Translations under genes and position numbers: made by a program
Shown: positions 34,491-44,190 of the stretch, piece after piece
How positions within the stretch are numbered: position 1 is the stretch's first letter
How the letters are laid out: every line of letters begins with the position of its first letter
Assembly: GCF_030013595.1 (NCBI RefSeq)
Contig: NZ_CP122768.1
DNA length: 64,000 nt
Strand: one strand, 5' to 3'
Origin: Escherichia coli
Lineage (GTDB): Bacteria; Pseudomonadota; Gammaproteobacteria; Enterobacterales; Enterobacteriaceae
Notes under the pieces: generated by a model
The model's database searches: none
What the model was told of the DNA's origin: nothing
The model's input: only the letters and a program-made list of their open reading frames with translations

Positions 34491-34697
34491 TTACGGACGG
34501 GATTGTGCAATACGCGCCTGCAACCAGGCTTCCACTTCACTTTTCAGCCATCGGGAGCTGCGGCCGAGTTTGATGGGGGCCGGAAAGGCACCATCTTTGA
34601 TGAGCTTATAAAACCACTTATCGGTTAAGCCGGTCAGTTGAGTGATAAACGCCATGTCGACCATCTGGTCATCCATCAGCGAAACTGGGGTCTTCAT
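34491..34697 (-). CDS. alpA: AlpA-family phage/island transcriptional regulator (excisionase-like)
   Basis: 68 aa, MKTPVSLMDDQMVDMAFITQLTGLTDKWFYKLIKDGAFPAPIKLGRSSRWLKSEVEAWLQARI, a typical AlpA/Vis HTH protein. Confidence 0.85.
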   Translation of the reverse strand: MKTPVSLMDDQMVDMAFITQLTGLTDKWFYKLIKDGAFPAPIKLGRSSRWLKSEVEAWLQARIAQSRP

Positions 34698-35079
34698 GAA
34701 AATGTTCCTCCGGATGTTGTTAATCTCAACCGGCGTTGGTGATGAAAACGACGCACCACCTTCACCGGCATAACAACCGGGGAGAAACGTAAAAAAGTTG
34801 AGGAATATTCCTGCCAGGAGAGAAACTGTTGTGTACAGGCAATACAGGTTGTCTGTTTTGTCAGTGAAGCCGGTATAAACGGAAGATGATTTTGTGTTGC
34901 CGGAATATGGGATGGCGTTTTGCCGTGACGGAATCAGTATTTTCAGTGATGATTATTACTGCGCAGGGGAGTATCGGAGATAAACCACGCCCTGTACCTG
35001 CCAGAGCTGTGGTTTGTATTTACTGAAAGGAAGATAAAGCAGAGGTAAACACTGTTGCGGTGAACGGAGAAGACTGAAA

Positions 35080-35871
35080 TTATTCTCCGTAATTACAAAC
35101 AACAGTGATCTGATCCGGTTTTTTTACCGTTACGGGTTTCCGGGGATCAATTTTATAGACCGGGGTAATGACCACGCCGGAATTTATGGAGAAAAGCGGG
35201 ATCCAGCAATAAACGTCCGGATATTTCTGTGTCTCCGGAATACCTTTTGCGCCAGAGGCCATCAGATCTTTAACGCTCACGAAAAATGACTGCCGCAGAT
35301 CAAAAAAGTACTCGTCATATATCACGTCTTTTGCCAGCAGGATGACTGCATTACCAACAGCCGCTTTTACAGGTGTTTCACCGGATGGATTATCGTGATT
35401 GTATATTGTTCTTTCAATATAAATAAAACAGGCATATTTTGCCTTCTCCCCGGACAGTTGCATCTGGTATTCGCAAATGTCTTTGATACGCCGGCTTTCA
35501 ACCCGTCCAATCATCTTATCCCGGCGATAGTGTCTTTTATGTTTCAGCGCGTATAGAACACCATTTGAACTGTCAAACTCCAGGATTCTTTTGGTGAAAA
35601 GTTTGTTTTCCCAGATTTCCAGACAATACTTCTCTGCACTGACGACATTGCGTTTGTGAGGAAGATCCCGTTGATACACTCCATTTAATAAGCGTGACTG
35701 CAGTTTGCCTGCAAGTTGATAATAACAGTTAATATCGTTAAGGACAGGTGCTGTGGCGCTGAGTAATGCGTCGATTACCTTAGAGCGCGAAAGTTTGTGG
35801 GTATGACAGTACTCATCCACAATTCGCAGCGTCTCATCACTGGTCATATTGAAAGTTATACGTGTTGTCAT
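35080..35871 (-). CDS. Hypothetical protein with possible N-terminal ribbon-helix-helix-like region (263 aa)
   Basis: N-terminus MTTRITFNMTSDETLRIVDEYCHTHKLSRSKVIDALL has a strand-helix pattern reminiscent of RHH/CopG domains; remainder unrecognised; low-GC codon usage. Confidence 0.5.
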   Translation of the reverse strand: MTTRITFNMTSDETLRIVDEYCHTHKLSRSKVIDALLSATAPVLNDINCYYQLAGKLQSRLLNGVYQRDLPHKRNVVSAEKYCLEIWENKLFTKRILEFDSSNGVLYALKHKRHYRRDKMIGRVESRRIKDICEYQMQLSGEKAKYACFIYIERTIYNHDNPSGETPVKAAVGNAVILLAKDVIYDEYFFDLRQSFFVSVKDLMASGAKGIPETQKYPDVYCWIPLFSINSGVVITPVYKIDPRKPVTVKKPDQITVVCNYGE

Positions 35872-36189
35872 GATGAAGTTTTCTGTTAATCATATTGGTT
35901 GATATGCATAACATTCCATAAAAAACACTGTTAATTCATATAATTAATTTTTTGTGTGTTTTTGTCCTTGAGTGGTGGAAAGCAGGGTTACTGCCACTGT
36001 ACTCAGCATAACTCTATCACATAGAACCACAGAAAATGAAGCATTGCTCAGGGGGGAGGTACTTATACGAGTTCTCTGAACCGTGATAACCAGTATTTTT
36101 CATTTTGGGTGATTTGTCGTTACAGCTACAGGCAGTTCATGTACTATTAAAAAATAATTAAGGTTAATTAGTATTATTTATAGAAGTAT

Positions 36190-36680
36190 GGTTATGTAAA
36201 TGAACCCTGTAATTCTGTAATTCCACCTTGTAACCCAATCCTGTAGACGAATCTCTCATAAAGATATGCTCATAGAAGTATCTGTACAGAGATATTCTCT
36301 GTAGTAGTACTTGTAACTCTGTCCTTAACTCTCTCTGCTGTAATGTAATCTCGTAACACCTGAATATAAATCTGTCATGTACACACACTGACTGTAATGT
36401 ACTTTGTTAAGTAATGCCTGTTGTGTGGAGGCTATTCTGGCTAAATAAGAGTATGAATCGTCAGTGTCAATAGTGTGGATAACGGTGGTTGAGGGATTTA
36501 CTGTTAATGATCTGCTCTTGCAACTCACCTGATGAGTATTAGTGGTAATACATAATCTTACTCGTAAAAAAGTATACCTTATGCCATTAAACAGCCTTCC
36601 GGAGTGTTGTTTACTATCCGATTGCCTCTGTTACTTCTGTAATGCATTAATACGTGTAACGCCACGTTACTTGTAATATC
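36190..36680. repeat. Array of at least 12 degenerate YTGTAAY heptamers plus palindrome GTAACGCCACGTTAC
   Basis: Copies of ctgtaat/ttgtaac/tcgtaac within about 500 bp (e.g. ctgtaattctgtaatt, gctgtaatgtaatctcgtaac); perfect palindrome at 36656-36670 just upstream of the ATG at 36686. Confidence 0.55.
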
Positions 36681-36685
36681 TGGTT

Positions 36686-37039
36686 ATGGCGTTATGCCTT
36701 CAGCATTTAAAATATTTTATTACCGGAGAGACAGGAAAGTGGAAAGACTTCCGGGATGACGTCAGAATACGTTATTCTAACGGTATTATGTTAACGTTAA
36801 TCACAGCACAAAATAACGAGAGGATAATGGAAGTTAAGACCAAAGAAGACTGGCTATATCAGTTTCGTCGTTGTTTATCCCGGGAGACACTGGAAAAAGT
36901 GATTTCCCACACGCGTTATAAACTTACCCCTGCGGAGCTGGAAGCTTTCAACTCTGCGGTCGATCACCGGCTGGCAGAACTGACCATGAACAAACTTTAC
37001 GATCGTGTTCCCGCTTCAGTCTGGAAATATGTTACCTGA
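36686..37039 (+). CDS. Small hypothetical protein (start uncertain)
   Basis: 117-aa ORF following the repeat array; may start at an internal Met (MEVKTKEDWLYQF...). Confidence 0.35.
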   Translation: MALCLQHLKYFITGETGKWKDFRDDVRIRYSNGIMLTLITAQNNERIMEVKTKEDWLYQFRRCLSRETLEKVISHTRYKLTPAELEAFNSAVDHRLAELTMNKLYDRVPASVWKYVT

Positions 37040-37270
37040 TAAATGTTTCTGATGAAGTACAGTCGTCACAATGACATCATATCAGATATTATCTGCGCTG
37101 TGATTGACAGTCACGTATGCCGTTCTCTGTATGGTTCTGATACCCGGGTGTGCTCCCACTTTCTCTGTGGCGCCCGGGGAGTTGTGAACTTGCACGTCTT
37201 CGTGTGATAACGTTTTCTTCAAAAATTACGCCAGCGCTTCTTCCTGTGTTACAGAACACGAGGAAGAAAC

Positions 37271-37870
37271 ATGAATACTTACAATGCCAATCCCGGTTAC
37301 GAAATGGATCCCCAGCTCCTGACACACTTTAACCAGCATCTGGATTCATTATTCGGGGTCTATTCGAAGCTGTTACCGTTCAGAATGGATTTTGCTTACC
37401 GAAAAAACACATTCAGCTACGGATGCGCCTGCAGGTACGCCATGTGCGCGGAGATGCTGCAACTGATTAACGAGGTGGGAGAGAAACTGGTCGGGTATGC
37501 CTGGGTAATGGAATATACGGAACGTAAAGGGCTTCACATTCATTTTGTGGGCTATCTGAACGGTCAGAGCCACAGGAGTTCGTATCTGGTATCCAGATTG
37601 ATGGGAGATATCTGGAGGCGGGTTACCGATGGTAATGGTTACTACCACTGGTGCCGGTTTAATAAAAATTATCCGGTAAACATTAATCACGTCATTCACT
37701 ATTCAGACCACAAAGCGGTGAATGCTTTACGCTATGCCATTAGCTACCTTGCCAAACGAGAACAGAAAGAATGTGGCATCGTTCTTGGTTGCAGCAGGCT
37801 TCCTGAAAAAAGTCACCGGGGGCGACCGCGACTGGACAGCACCCTGCCGGGGATATGTTCTCAGGTATAA
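37271..37870 (+). CDS. HUH-motif protein, YagK/YfjJ (inovirus Gp2-like) family candidate
   Basis: 199 aa with a His-hydrophobic-His motif (GLHIHFVGY) and downstream Tyr-containing segment (RYAISYLAKRE), typical of HUH rolling-circle initiator-like proteins; family name from recollection. Confidence 0.55.
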   Translation: MNTYNANPGYEMDPQLLTHFNQHLDSLFGVYSKLLPFRMDFAYRKNTFSYGCACRYAMCAEMLQLINEVGEKLVGYAWVMEYTERKGLHIHFVGYLNGQSHRSSYLVSRLMGDIWRRVTDGNGYYHWCRFNKNYPVNINHVIHYSDHKAVNALRYAISYLAKREQKECGIVLGCSRLPEKSHRGRPRLDSTLPGICSQV

Positions 37871-38245
37871 GGTTCTGAGCGACAACTGCGGACTGGCTCT
37901 AATCTTTGCAGTCGGTTCCGGAGGCTACTTCAGAGGCACTATGCATTTTTTACGATGTGGTTACTCCGTATGAACGAAACCATACGGAGACTTAACCATA
38001 CATGACACACCAGTAAAACCCCTGATGGCTGCAACGGTGCTGCATGCGCTGGATGTCCATCTCTGCTTGCTGACAGTTTTTTACGTCGGTGGGCCATTGT
38101 GTGACAACCACAGTGCTGTAACAGCAGCCTGCCTGTTTTACCTCACCCCCATTCCAGATTTTTAACTGAACCGCCATTCACACCCTGACCACGCTGCCCG
38201 TACCGGGACGGTTGCTGCCTGCGTGTCGTCTGGCGGCTGAGGAAT

Positions 38246-38635
38246 ATGACGATGTACGCAAAATCTTTTCTCGCATTCGATGGCAACGGACGCCTGACCG
38301 GTGCCCGTACTGCACAGACAGCGCCTTACGATCGATACACCTGTCACCTTTGCGGCAGTGCGCTCAGATACCACCCGCAATACGATACCGAACGTCCCTG
38401 GTTTGAACACACTGGCGAAGGGCTGGCTGAGCACGGTCATGAGTGCCCTTATGTCAGACCGGAGCGCAGAGAAATACTGTTGATTAAACGCTTACAGCAA
38501 TGGGTACCGGATGCCTTACCCGTGGTGCGTAAAACCAGCTGGCACTGCAGACAATGTCACCACGATTATTATGGGGAGCAGTACTGCACACACTGTCATA
38601 CAGGGCGTTTCAGTGAGGAGGCAGTGGCAGGATGA
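38246..38635 (+). CDS. Cys-rich zinc-ribbon-like protein, paralog 1
   Basis: 129 aa with CHLCG...WFEH...C..C...WHCRQCH...YCTHCHTG; stop overlaps the start of the next ORF. Confidence 0.55.
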   Translation: MTMYAKSFLAFDGNGRLTGARTAQTAPYDRYTCHLCGSALRYHPQYDTERPWFEHTGEGLAEHGHECPYVRPERREILLIKRLQQWVPDALPVVRKTSWHCRQCHHDYYGEQYCTHCHTGRFSEEAVAG

Positions 38636-39057
38636 ACGGTCTAAAAACGGGGCTGGGGATCACGCCAGGTGAGCACATTATCAGTGCCGATTCTGCGCTC
38701 AGCAGAAATATCAGGCATTGTTTCTGCCTTTCCTGTCGTGGTCGGTTGATTTTGCAGACAGATGCTCAGGGGGCGTGGTTTGAGCATGATTTACATGCCC
38801 TGACCGCGCAACAGAAGACGGCCTGTGTGGTGCTGAATCCGGAAAAATCCCATCCTTACATTGATGATATGGCGATGTTTTTATCGCCATTACCTGTCGT
38901 GCTGGAGTGGCATTGTGTGATGTGCGGGCAGCATTTTCCCGGGAAAAAGTTCTGTGAAGCCTGTGGCACGGGGATCTATTCCAGAGCGGTATGTACAAAG
39001 TATGTTTACAGCTACCAGCCAGACTTGTTCCAGGACTGTGGAAGTGCGAGCACTTAA
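38632..39057 (+). CDS. Cys-rich zinc-ribbon-like protein, paralog 2
   Basis: 141 aa with colinear motifs CLSCRG...WFEH...PE...LPVV..WHCVMCG...FCEACGTG shared with the upstream ORF; ATGA start/stop overlap. Confidence 0.55.
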   Translation: MNGLKTGLGITPGEHIISADSALSRNIRHCFCLSCRGRLILQTDAQGAWFEHDLHALTAQQKTACVVLNPEKSHPYIDDMAMFLSPLPVVLEWHCVMCGQHFPGKKFCEACGTGIYSRAVCTKYVYSYQPDLFQDCGSAST

Positions 39058-39321
39058 TCCGAAATGCCTGGTCTGCGCAGGGCGTTCAATCCAACTCGAC
39101 GAACATCTTCCAGTGTTGAATTAGCTGATAGCTCCTCCATTTTTTGTAAAGAACAGTTATACAGGCTTATTTGAACAGCTCTCTTTTTATTCAAACACAG
39201 CCAACAATACTCAGATGTAAGTATTTTTATATTCATGAATGGAGAGGCAAGGTCTGATGAATTTAATTACAGAACGTTCTTGAGCCATTGTCCTCTCCAG
39301 TTCATTAAAATAGTTACTACG

Positions 39322-41406
39322 TTAATTCACACCCAGCGCCTTATAAACAGCATCAACCGGGTCTGAGTAAAAACTCACCTGAAACTTGGTAAATAACTCT
39401 GCCGGAACCGTTGGAATATCCATAGCCGAGGACATCGGCAACAGAACCCGTTTTGCACCGCTGTCGAAGGCGAGCTGTAAACTGGCGGCAAGATCCTGCA
39501 CCGGGTTAATTACCCCACCAAGCGTCATACTGCCCAACACCACCATCTGTTCCTGCACCGGTTTTGCCAGCAATATCGAACATAAAGCGATAAGCGCAGC
39601 AAGACTGGTTGCGGTGCTTGGGCCAGTATTATGCAGTTCAACGACATGAAGGTGATATTCATGATCGGAGAATTTCGCGGCCGCGCTTACCCGATTCAAA
39701 TTGCCTTTGAAGTAATCGAAACCGACGCGGATAGCTTCTTTCGCGGAGGTATTTGAACCCAGACCCGATACACTATGCTTACCATTACCGGCAGTCATCT
39801 GTGTTTCAAAACGATACAGCCCGGTCATGCCGCTTTCTGCCTGAGTGACCAGATGCACAACACCCGGCTTTGGCATTCCGGCAGGAATAAGTTCGCTGCC
39901 GCCCTGTTCCGGTACGCTCACAAAAAACTCTTCCAGCGTTTCGTTGTCGATGTAGCTAAAGTTCACATCGAAGAACTCCAGACCGCCCAGTTTTTTAAGT
40001 TGCTCTTTCACGCGGCGACGAACTTCCATCGCATAGGTCAGGCAGACTCGCACATCTTCTTTGCTGTACGCGCCATCGGGATGCATGAGTTTTAACAACC
40101 CCGACACGGTACGTCGAACGGCAATAACGTCACGCTGGTTGAGGTTGTTACCCAGCTTAAAGAATTTATCAATCGCATCAGAGAAACTGCGTTTGCGCAT
40201 TTCGCGCATATATTCAGCGAGATAATCCGTAATCAGCCCGTAACGGTTGGTAAAAAATTCCGGGCGCATTTTGGGGATTTCCCAACCGGGAATATAGGCA
40301 TGAAAGCGGTCGAAAAATGCAGTATCAATCATCGCAGCCGGAAATGGCGCCAGCAAATGGCTGGTTTTAACGAGAGTCTCTACGCTTTGATTGATGTTGC
40401 CGACGAAAACCATCGACGCTTTACCTTCAATCGAATCTCTGCCGCGAGAGAAAGATCCTGACGCCATGTAATCTTTCATGATTTGCACGCCGTCTTTATC
40501 TTTGAAAGTGATCCCCGCGACTTCGTCGAACGCTACCACATCCCACATGCCAACCAGGCCGATCTGGCGACTGGCCATGTTGTAGAACAGGTTGGCAACG
40601 GTCGTTTGCCCGCCAGAAACTAACAGGGAGTTAGGAGAACACTCTTTATACACATGGCTTTTACCGGTGCCACGCGGCCCCAGCTCGCAAACGTTATAGT
40701 TGTTCTCCACGAACGGGATCATACGGGTGATAAGGTGCCATTTGGTGCGTTGCTCAATATTGGCGGGCTCCATACCCACTGAGCGCAGCAGCACATCGAT
40801 CCACTGATCACGGTTAAAGTGTTTACGCGCATCGAACACTTCTTCCATATCCATATTCGGCATCTGGATAGGCTTAAGCGTCATCAATGAGAAGGGCGAA
40901 GTCTTCTGCCCTTCTTCAAAGAAATAGTTGACGGTAATCATGCACCAGATACCGCCCGTTAGTAGCTTCTCGTTGTCTTTAACCATCTGCGAGGGCACCA
41001 GCGCGTCTTTGATGCCGAGGTTAGAAAGCTGGGCTTCGTAAACGTCTTTTTTCTGGTTCAGTTTCACCGACACTTTATCGATGATTTTGTACGAACCACG
41101 CTCGCGGATCAGCGACTTCACTTTCTCTGCTTCATCCGGGCGCACATAGTTATCAGCCAGAATACGCTTAACGTTTTGCAACCCTTGCTCGACCACGTCG
41201 TCATCGTCAGAGGCGCAGTACATGCCGAGCAGATACTCCAGCACATACACCGGGACGTTTGCCCCTTCCTTGAGTTGCTTGGTGAGATCTTTACGCACCA
41301 CACGACCAGCAAAATGCTGGTTCAGCAGGGCGTCCAGATCGTAACCCTCGGAGGCAATTTCCCCTGCGGATACGCCTGAAACAGGTAAATCATGATGGGT
41401 TTGCAT
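39322..41406 (-). CDS. brxL: BREX Lon-like protease BrxL
   Basis: 694-aa protein with AAA-type P-loop (GPRGTGKSH) and C-terminal Lon-protease-like domain; immediately downstream of pglZ. Confidence 0.85.
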   Translation of the reverse strand: MQTHHDLPVSGVSAGEIASEGYDLDALLNQHFAGRVVRKDLTKQLKEGANVPVYVLEYLLGMYCASDDDDVVEQGLQNVKRILADNYVRPDEAEKVKSLIRERGSYKIIDKVSVKLNQKKDVYEAQLSNLGIKDALVPSQMVKDNEKLLTGGIWCMITVNYFFEEGQKTSPFSLMTLKPIQMPNMDMEEVFDARKHFNRDQWIDVLLRSVGMEPANIEQRTKWHLITRMIPFVENNYNVCELGPRGTGKSHVYKECSPNSLLVSGGQTTVANLFYNMASRQIGLVGMWDVVAFDEVAGITFKDKDGVQIMKDYMASGSFSRGRDSIEGKASMVFVGNINQSVETLVKTSHLLAPFPAAMIDTAFFDRFHAYIPGWEIPKMRPEFFTNRYGLITDYLAEYMREMRKRSFSDAIDKFFKLGNNLNQRDVIAVRRTVSGLLKLMHPDGAYSKEDVRVCLTYAMEVRRRVKEQLKKLGGLEFFDVNFSYIDNETLEEFFVSVPEQGGSELIPAGMPKPGVVHLVTQAESGMTGLYRFETQMTAGNGKHSVSGLGSNTSAKEAIRVGFDYFKGNLNRVSAAAKFSDHEYHLHVVELHNTGPSTATSLAALIALCSILLAKPVQEQMVVLGSMTLGGVINPVQDLAASLQLAFDSGAKRVLLPMSSAMDIPTVPAELFTKFQVSFYSDPVDAVYKALGVN

Positions 41407-41416
41407 ATCGCCTCAC

Positions 41417-44020
41417 TTAGAAGAAATCATCCTGGAACGCCAGATCGATAATGACCGGGTACTTCTGATACCCCGTTTCCGTTTGTGCGTCTTCCAGTAT
41501 CAACCAGTACTCATTGCGACGGTTGAAGCTAGCGCCAATCAGCTTCAGCGTAACTTCGCGTACGCGTTTTTCCATGGTGTTGTTATCACTGTCAAAGCTG
41601 ATGCGCTCTTTGCCCGAGACCACATTGTTGGCGTTGTCGACAATGTAAATGTTCAGGATACGCGGTTCATAAAGTTCGCCCACCGGATGCGTCTGCAACA
41701 GGCTCACTTTATCGATATTGTTCACCAGCTTAATCATGGGGTGGTAAGCGACAATATCCACCGGGCGGCGCTGTGGCTGTTTTTCTGCGGCGGTTTTTTG
41801 CAGGGCTTTTATCTGCAATACCGGAACGCAAACCTCCTGCAACATGGTGCCGCCATGAACGAAGCGCGCGCCGCCAGAGAAATGGAAGCGCTGGATCCCT
41901 TTCGGAATCAGGAACTCGCTGTTGTCGCTCACGCCTGCGGTATCTGCCACTTTTCCTTTCCAGCAAAAATCATCGGCGGGAAGCTGATGGCCGATAATAA
42001 AGCGTTTGTGGTTCTTGATAGTGTTTTCCGGCTTAATTTGCAGAGTGGTTTTATCCTGAACCGAAAGCGCCTGTTGCTGGAACAGGAAACCGTGATCCGC
42101 CGTAACAAAAATGCGTGTGCCGTGGAGACGGTTGATTACTTTGGTGACTAAATCTTTCAGCTCAGTCACCGCCGTGCGGCACGCTTCGAAGGTTTTATCT
42201 TCCGTGGATGCCGTGTCGCCAGTGGCATCAATCGTGTTATGCCAGATATACACCACTTCGTAATCGCGAATAAGGTCTCGTCCTTCCTGATTTTTTAACT
42301 CCAGAAGGTCCTTCGATTTTATCGCCATTCCTTTATAGTTCTTCAGAATGGTATCGCGGTTAGGAATACCCGAGGTCGACAGCCCATCAGCATAAACAAT
42401 GTCACCGTTACCCGGTTGATAACAAAGTTGTTCATGAGGCAGCAACGCCGCCATTCCCAGTTGGGTGTAGCTGGGGAGCACGCCGAGCTGCGATCGCAGT
42501 TCTGCGGTAAAGCGTTTCTCGGTATTGATTTGATTCCTCAGCTCCTCCGCTACTTCATAACGCAGGGCATCGGAAATTATCACGAACACGCGTTTGATTT
42601 GCGGATTTTGGAACTGCGGCTTCACCACCTCATTGAAGAAGTTTTGCTGACGCGGCACACCGGGGATTTGCCACGCCTGCATACGATTTTCCGCTTCCAG
42701 CACTTCGTTCCAGTTACGGCTTAATTCTGCCAGATACCAGTTGCTGTAGAGCGCCTCGATATAATCATCCAGGCTCTTGAGGATCATCGCCCCTTTGCTG
42801 TGAACCAGCAGGGCATATTCATTAAACAGGCGATAAGCCTGGTCGAAGCGGAACAGTTCTTCGCAGTAGGCTTTCCAGAAGGTGGCGCTGTCCTGGTAGT
42901 GGAAACCATCGATGTGGCGATTGCGCAGATTCAGCAACCGCTCAGCTTGGCGCAGTGCGTCATAGATGGCGTAATACTCTGGTTGTGTCTGGCACCAGTA
43001 TTTGCTCTGGCGTTCAGAGAGCAGTTTTTTAAAGGCTTCCCGATCGAGCGTGGTGCTCTCTTCCAGCAGCTGCGTTACCAGCGCATGAATAATGGTTTGT
43101 TCGATGCTGAGGGTGGTTTCGCATTCGTGCAAATCATACGGCGAGCTAAGCCGGTAATGATCTTCCGGGCGCAGGGCCGCCTGCATTTGCTGAGCGCAGT
43201 AGTCATAAGCCTCTTTATAGCGACGATCGGCACGCCAGGTCACCATAAATGCCAGGGCGGATGCTCTGCCGGATGGCGTCAGCAGGACATTTTTTTCCAG
43301 CCAGGCGCGCTGTTGTGGGTCGGCCTGGGCAGAGAGATCGGTACAAAACAGTTTCAGGAGCAGGTTTTCCAGCGATGGCTCCTCTGCCTGGTAGCCCATT
43401 TCGTGGTTGAGCATTTCCCACAATACCGAGTCCAGACCGTGGCGTTTCAGCATCGCCTGCGTGTTTTCCAGTTCGCTGTCGTCTTCTGCTTGTTGGTTAA
43501 CGTACTGGGTAATCAGATTGAACAAAATGTCTTCGGTTTTCGCGGTCTTTGCGCCAGCGATCACTGCAATCATTTTCTTATCCAGCGAGGCTTCATCTTC
43601 CTGTTCTGTCACCAGATTTTTCAGCGCCTGCGTGCGTTTAGTGCTGAAGAAGGCCTTGCGTCGTTGAATATGCTCGCGCAGGCCAAGCTGTGGAATGCCC
43701 AGCGTGTTCAGGGTGATGGCGGCAAAATCGGCATGGAATTCGCTGCTGTAAAGGCGGATATCCAGCAGCCAGTCTTGTTCATGAGGCGGCGCATCATGGG
43801 GGAACCACAGCAGGAACTGCTGTTCTGGCTCATCAATCTCGATGCGTTTTTTCACCGCCAGCTGTGACGCGTGGGTCATGTTGATCAGCGTAACGTTTTC
43901 AAGCTCAAGCTGTTCCTGTTCCTCAATAAAACGCTTATCGGGATCGTGCCAGAAAACGATGCGATGTTCGGCAAATTTAGCTTTAAGGCCAGCAATAAAG
44001 TCCTGATTTTGCAAGTTCAC
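41417..44020 (-). CDS. pglZ: BREX alkaline-phosphatase-family protein PglZ
   Basis: 867-aa protein; size, position between pglX and brxL, and recalled PglZ similarity. Confidence 0.85.
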   Translation of the reverse strand: MNLQNQDFIAGLKAKFAEHRIVFWHDPDKRFIEEQEQLELENVTLINMTHASQLAVKKRIEIDEPEQQFLLWFPHDAPPHEQDWLLDIRLYSSEFHADFAAITLNTLGIPQLGLREHIQRRKAFFSTKRTQALKNLVTEQEDEASLDKKMIAVIAGAKTAKTEDILFNLITQYVNQQAEDDSELENTQAMLKRHGLDSVLWEMLNHEMGYQAEEPSLENLLLKLFCTDLSAQADPQQRAWLEKNVLLTPSGRASALAFMVTWRADRRYKEAYDYCAQQMQAALRPEDHYRLSSPYDLHECETTLSIEQTIIHALVTQLLEESTTLDREAFKKLLSERQSKYWCQTQPEYYAIYDALRQAERLLNLRNRHIDGFHYQDSATFWKAYCEELFRFDQAYRLFNEYALLVHSKGAMILKSLDDYIEALYSNWYLAELSRNWNEVLEAENRMQAWQIPGVPRQQNFFNEVVKPQFQNPQIKRVFVIISDALRYEVAEELRNQINTEKRFTAELRSQLGVLPSYTQLGMAALLPHEQLCYQPGNGDIVYADGLSTSGIPNRDTILKNYKGMAIKSKDLLELKNQEGRDLIRDYEVVYIWHNTIDATGDTASTEDKTFEACRTAVTELKDLVTKVINRLHGTRIFVTADHGFLFQQQALSVQDKTTLQIKPENTIKNHKRFIIGHQLPADDFCWKGKVADTAGVSDNSEFLIPKGIQRFHFSGGARFVHGGTMLQEVCVPVLQIKALQKTAAEKQPQRRPVDIVAYHPMIKLVNNIDKVSLLQTHPVGELYEPRILNIYIVDNANNVVSGKERISFDSDNNTMEKRVREVTLKLIGASFNRRNEYWLILEDAQTETGYQKYPVIIDLAFQDDFF

Positions 44021-44190
44021 AATCCCATGTTGTTACGATGAATAAGAAAGCGCCAAAACGCGAAAAGGAGATTTTGACACGGTGGCGCATTTTATCATGA
44101 AGTGAGGTGGAGAAATGCCAGTAGCGGCGCGTTTCCCGGTGGTATTTGCCACCGGGCAGAACCCGGCAGTAGGGGAACGCGCCGTCTGGT

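Noticed and set aside
36190..36680. Possible CRISPR array or retron msr/msd in the TGTAA repeat region
   Set aside because: The repeats are 6-7 bp and irregularly spaced, not 28-37-bp repeats with unique spacers. No cas genes or reverse transcriptase lie nearby, and I could not identify a1/a2 inverted repeats flanking a structured ncRNA.
37722..37973. 83-aa ORF overlapping the 3' end of the HUH-motif gene
   Set aside because: Overlaps the better-supported gene in another frame and runs into a hairpin (ctccgtatg...catacggag) that looks like a terminator.
39058..39321. Small ORF (39054-39236, minus strand) and possible sRNA between the zinc-ribbon pair and brxL
   Set aside because: The region lies between convergent genes and contains a long inverted repeat (ggagagg...cctctcc), more simply explained as a bidirectional terminator; the 60-aa ORF has no support.
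42800..43867. 355-aa ORF antisense to pglZ
   Set aside because: Lies entirely within pglZ on the opposite strand, with no RBS and no recognisable domain; most likely a shadow ORF.
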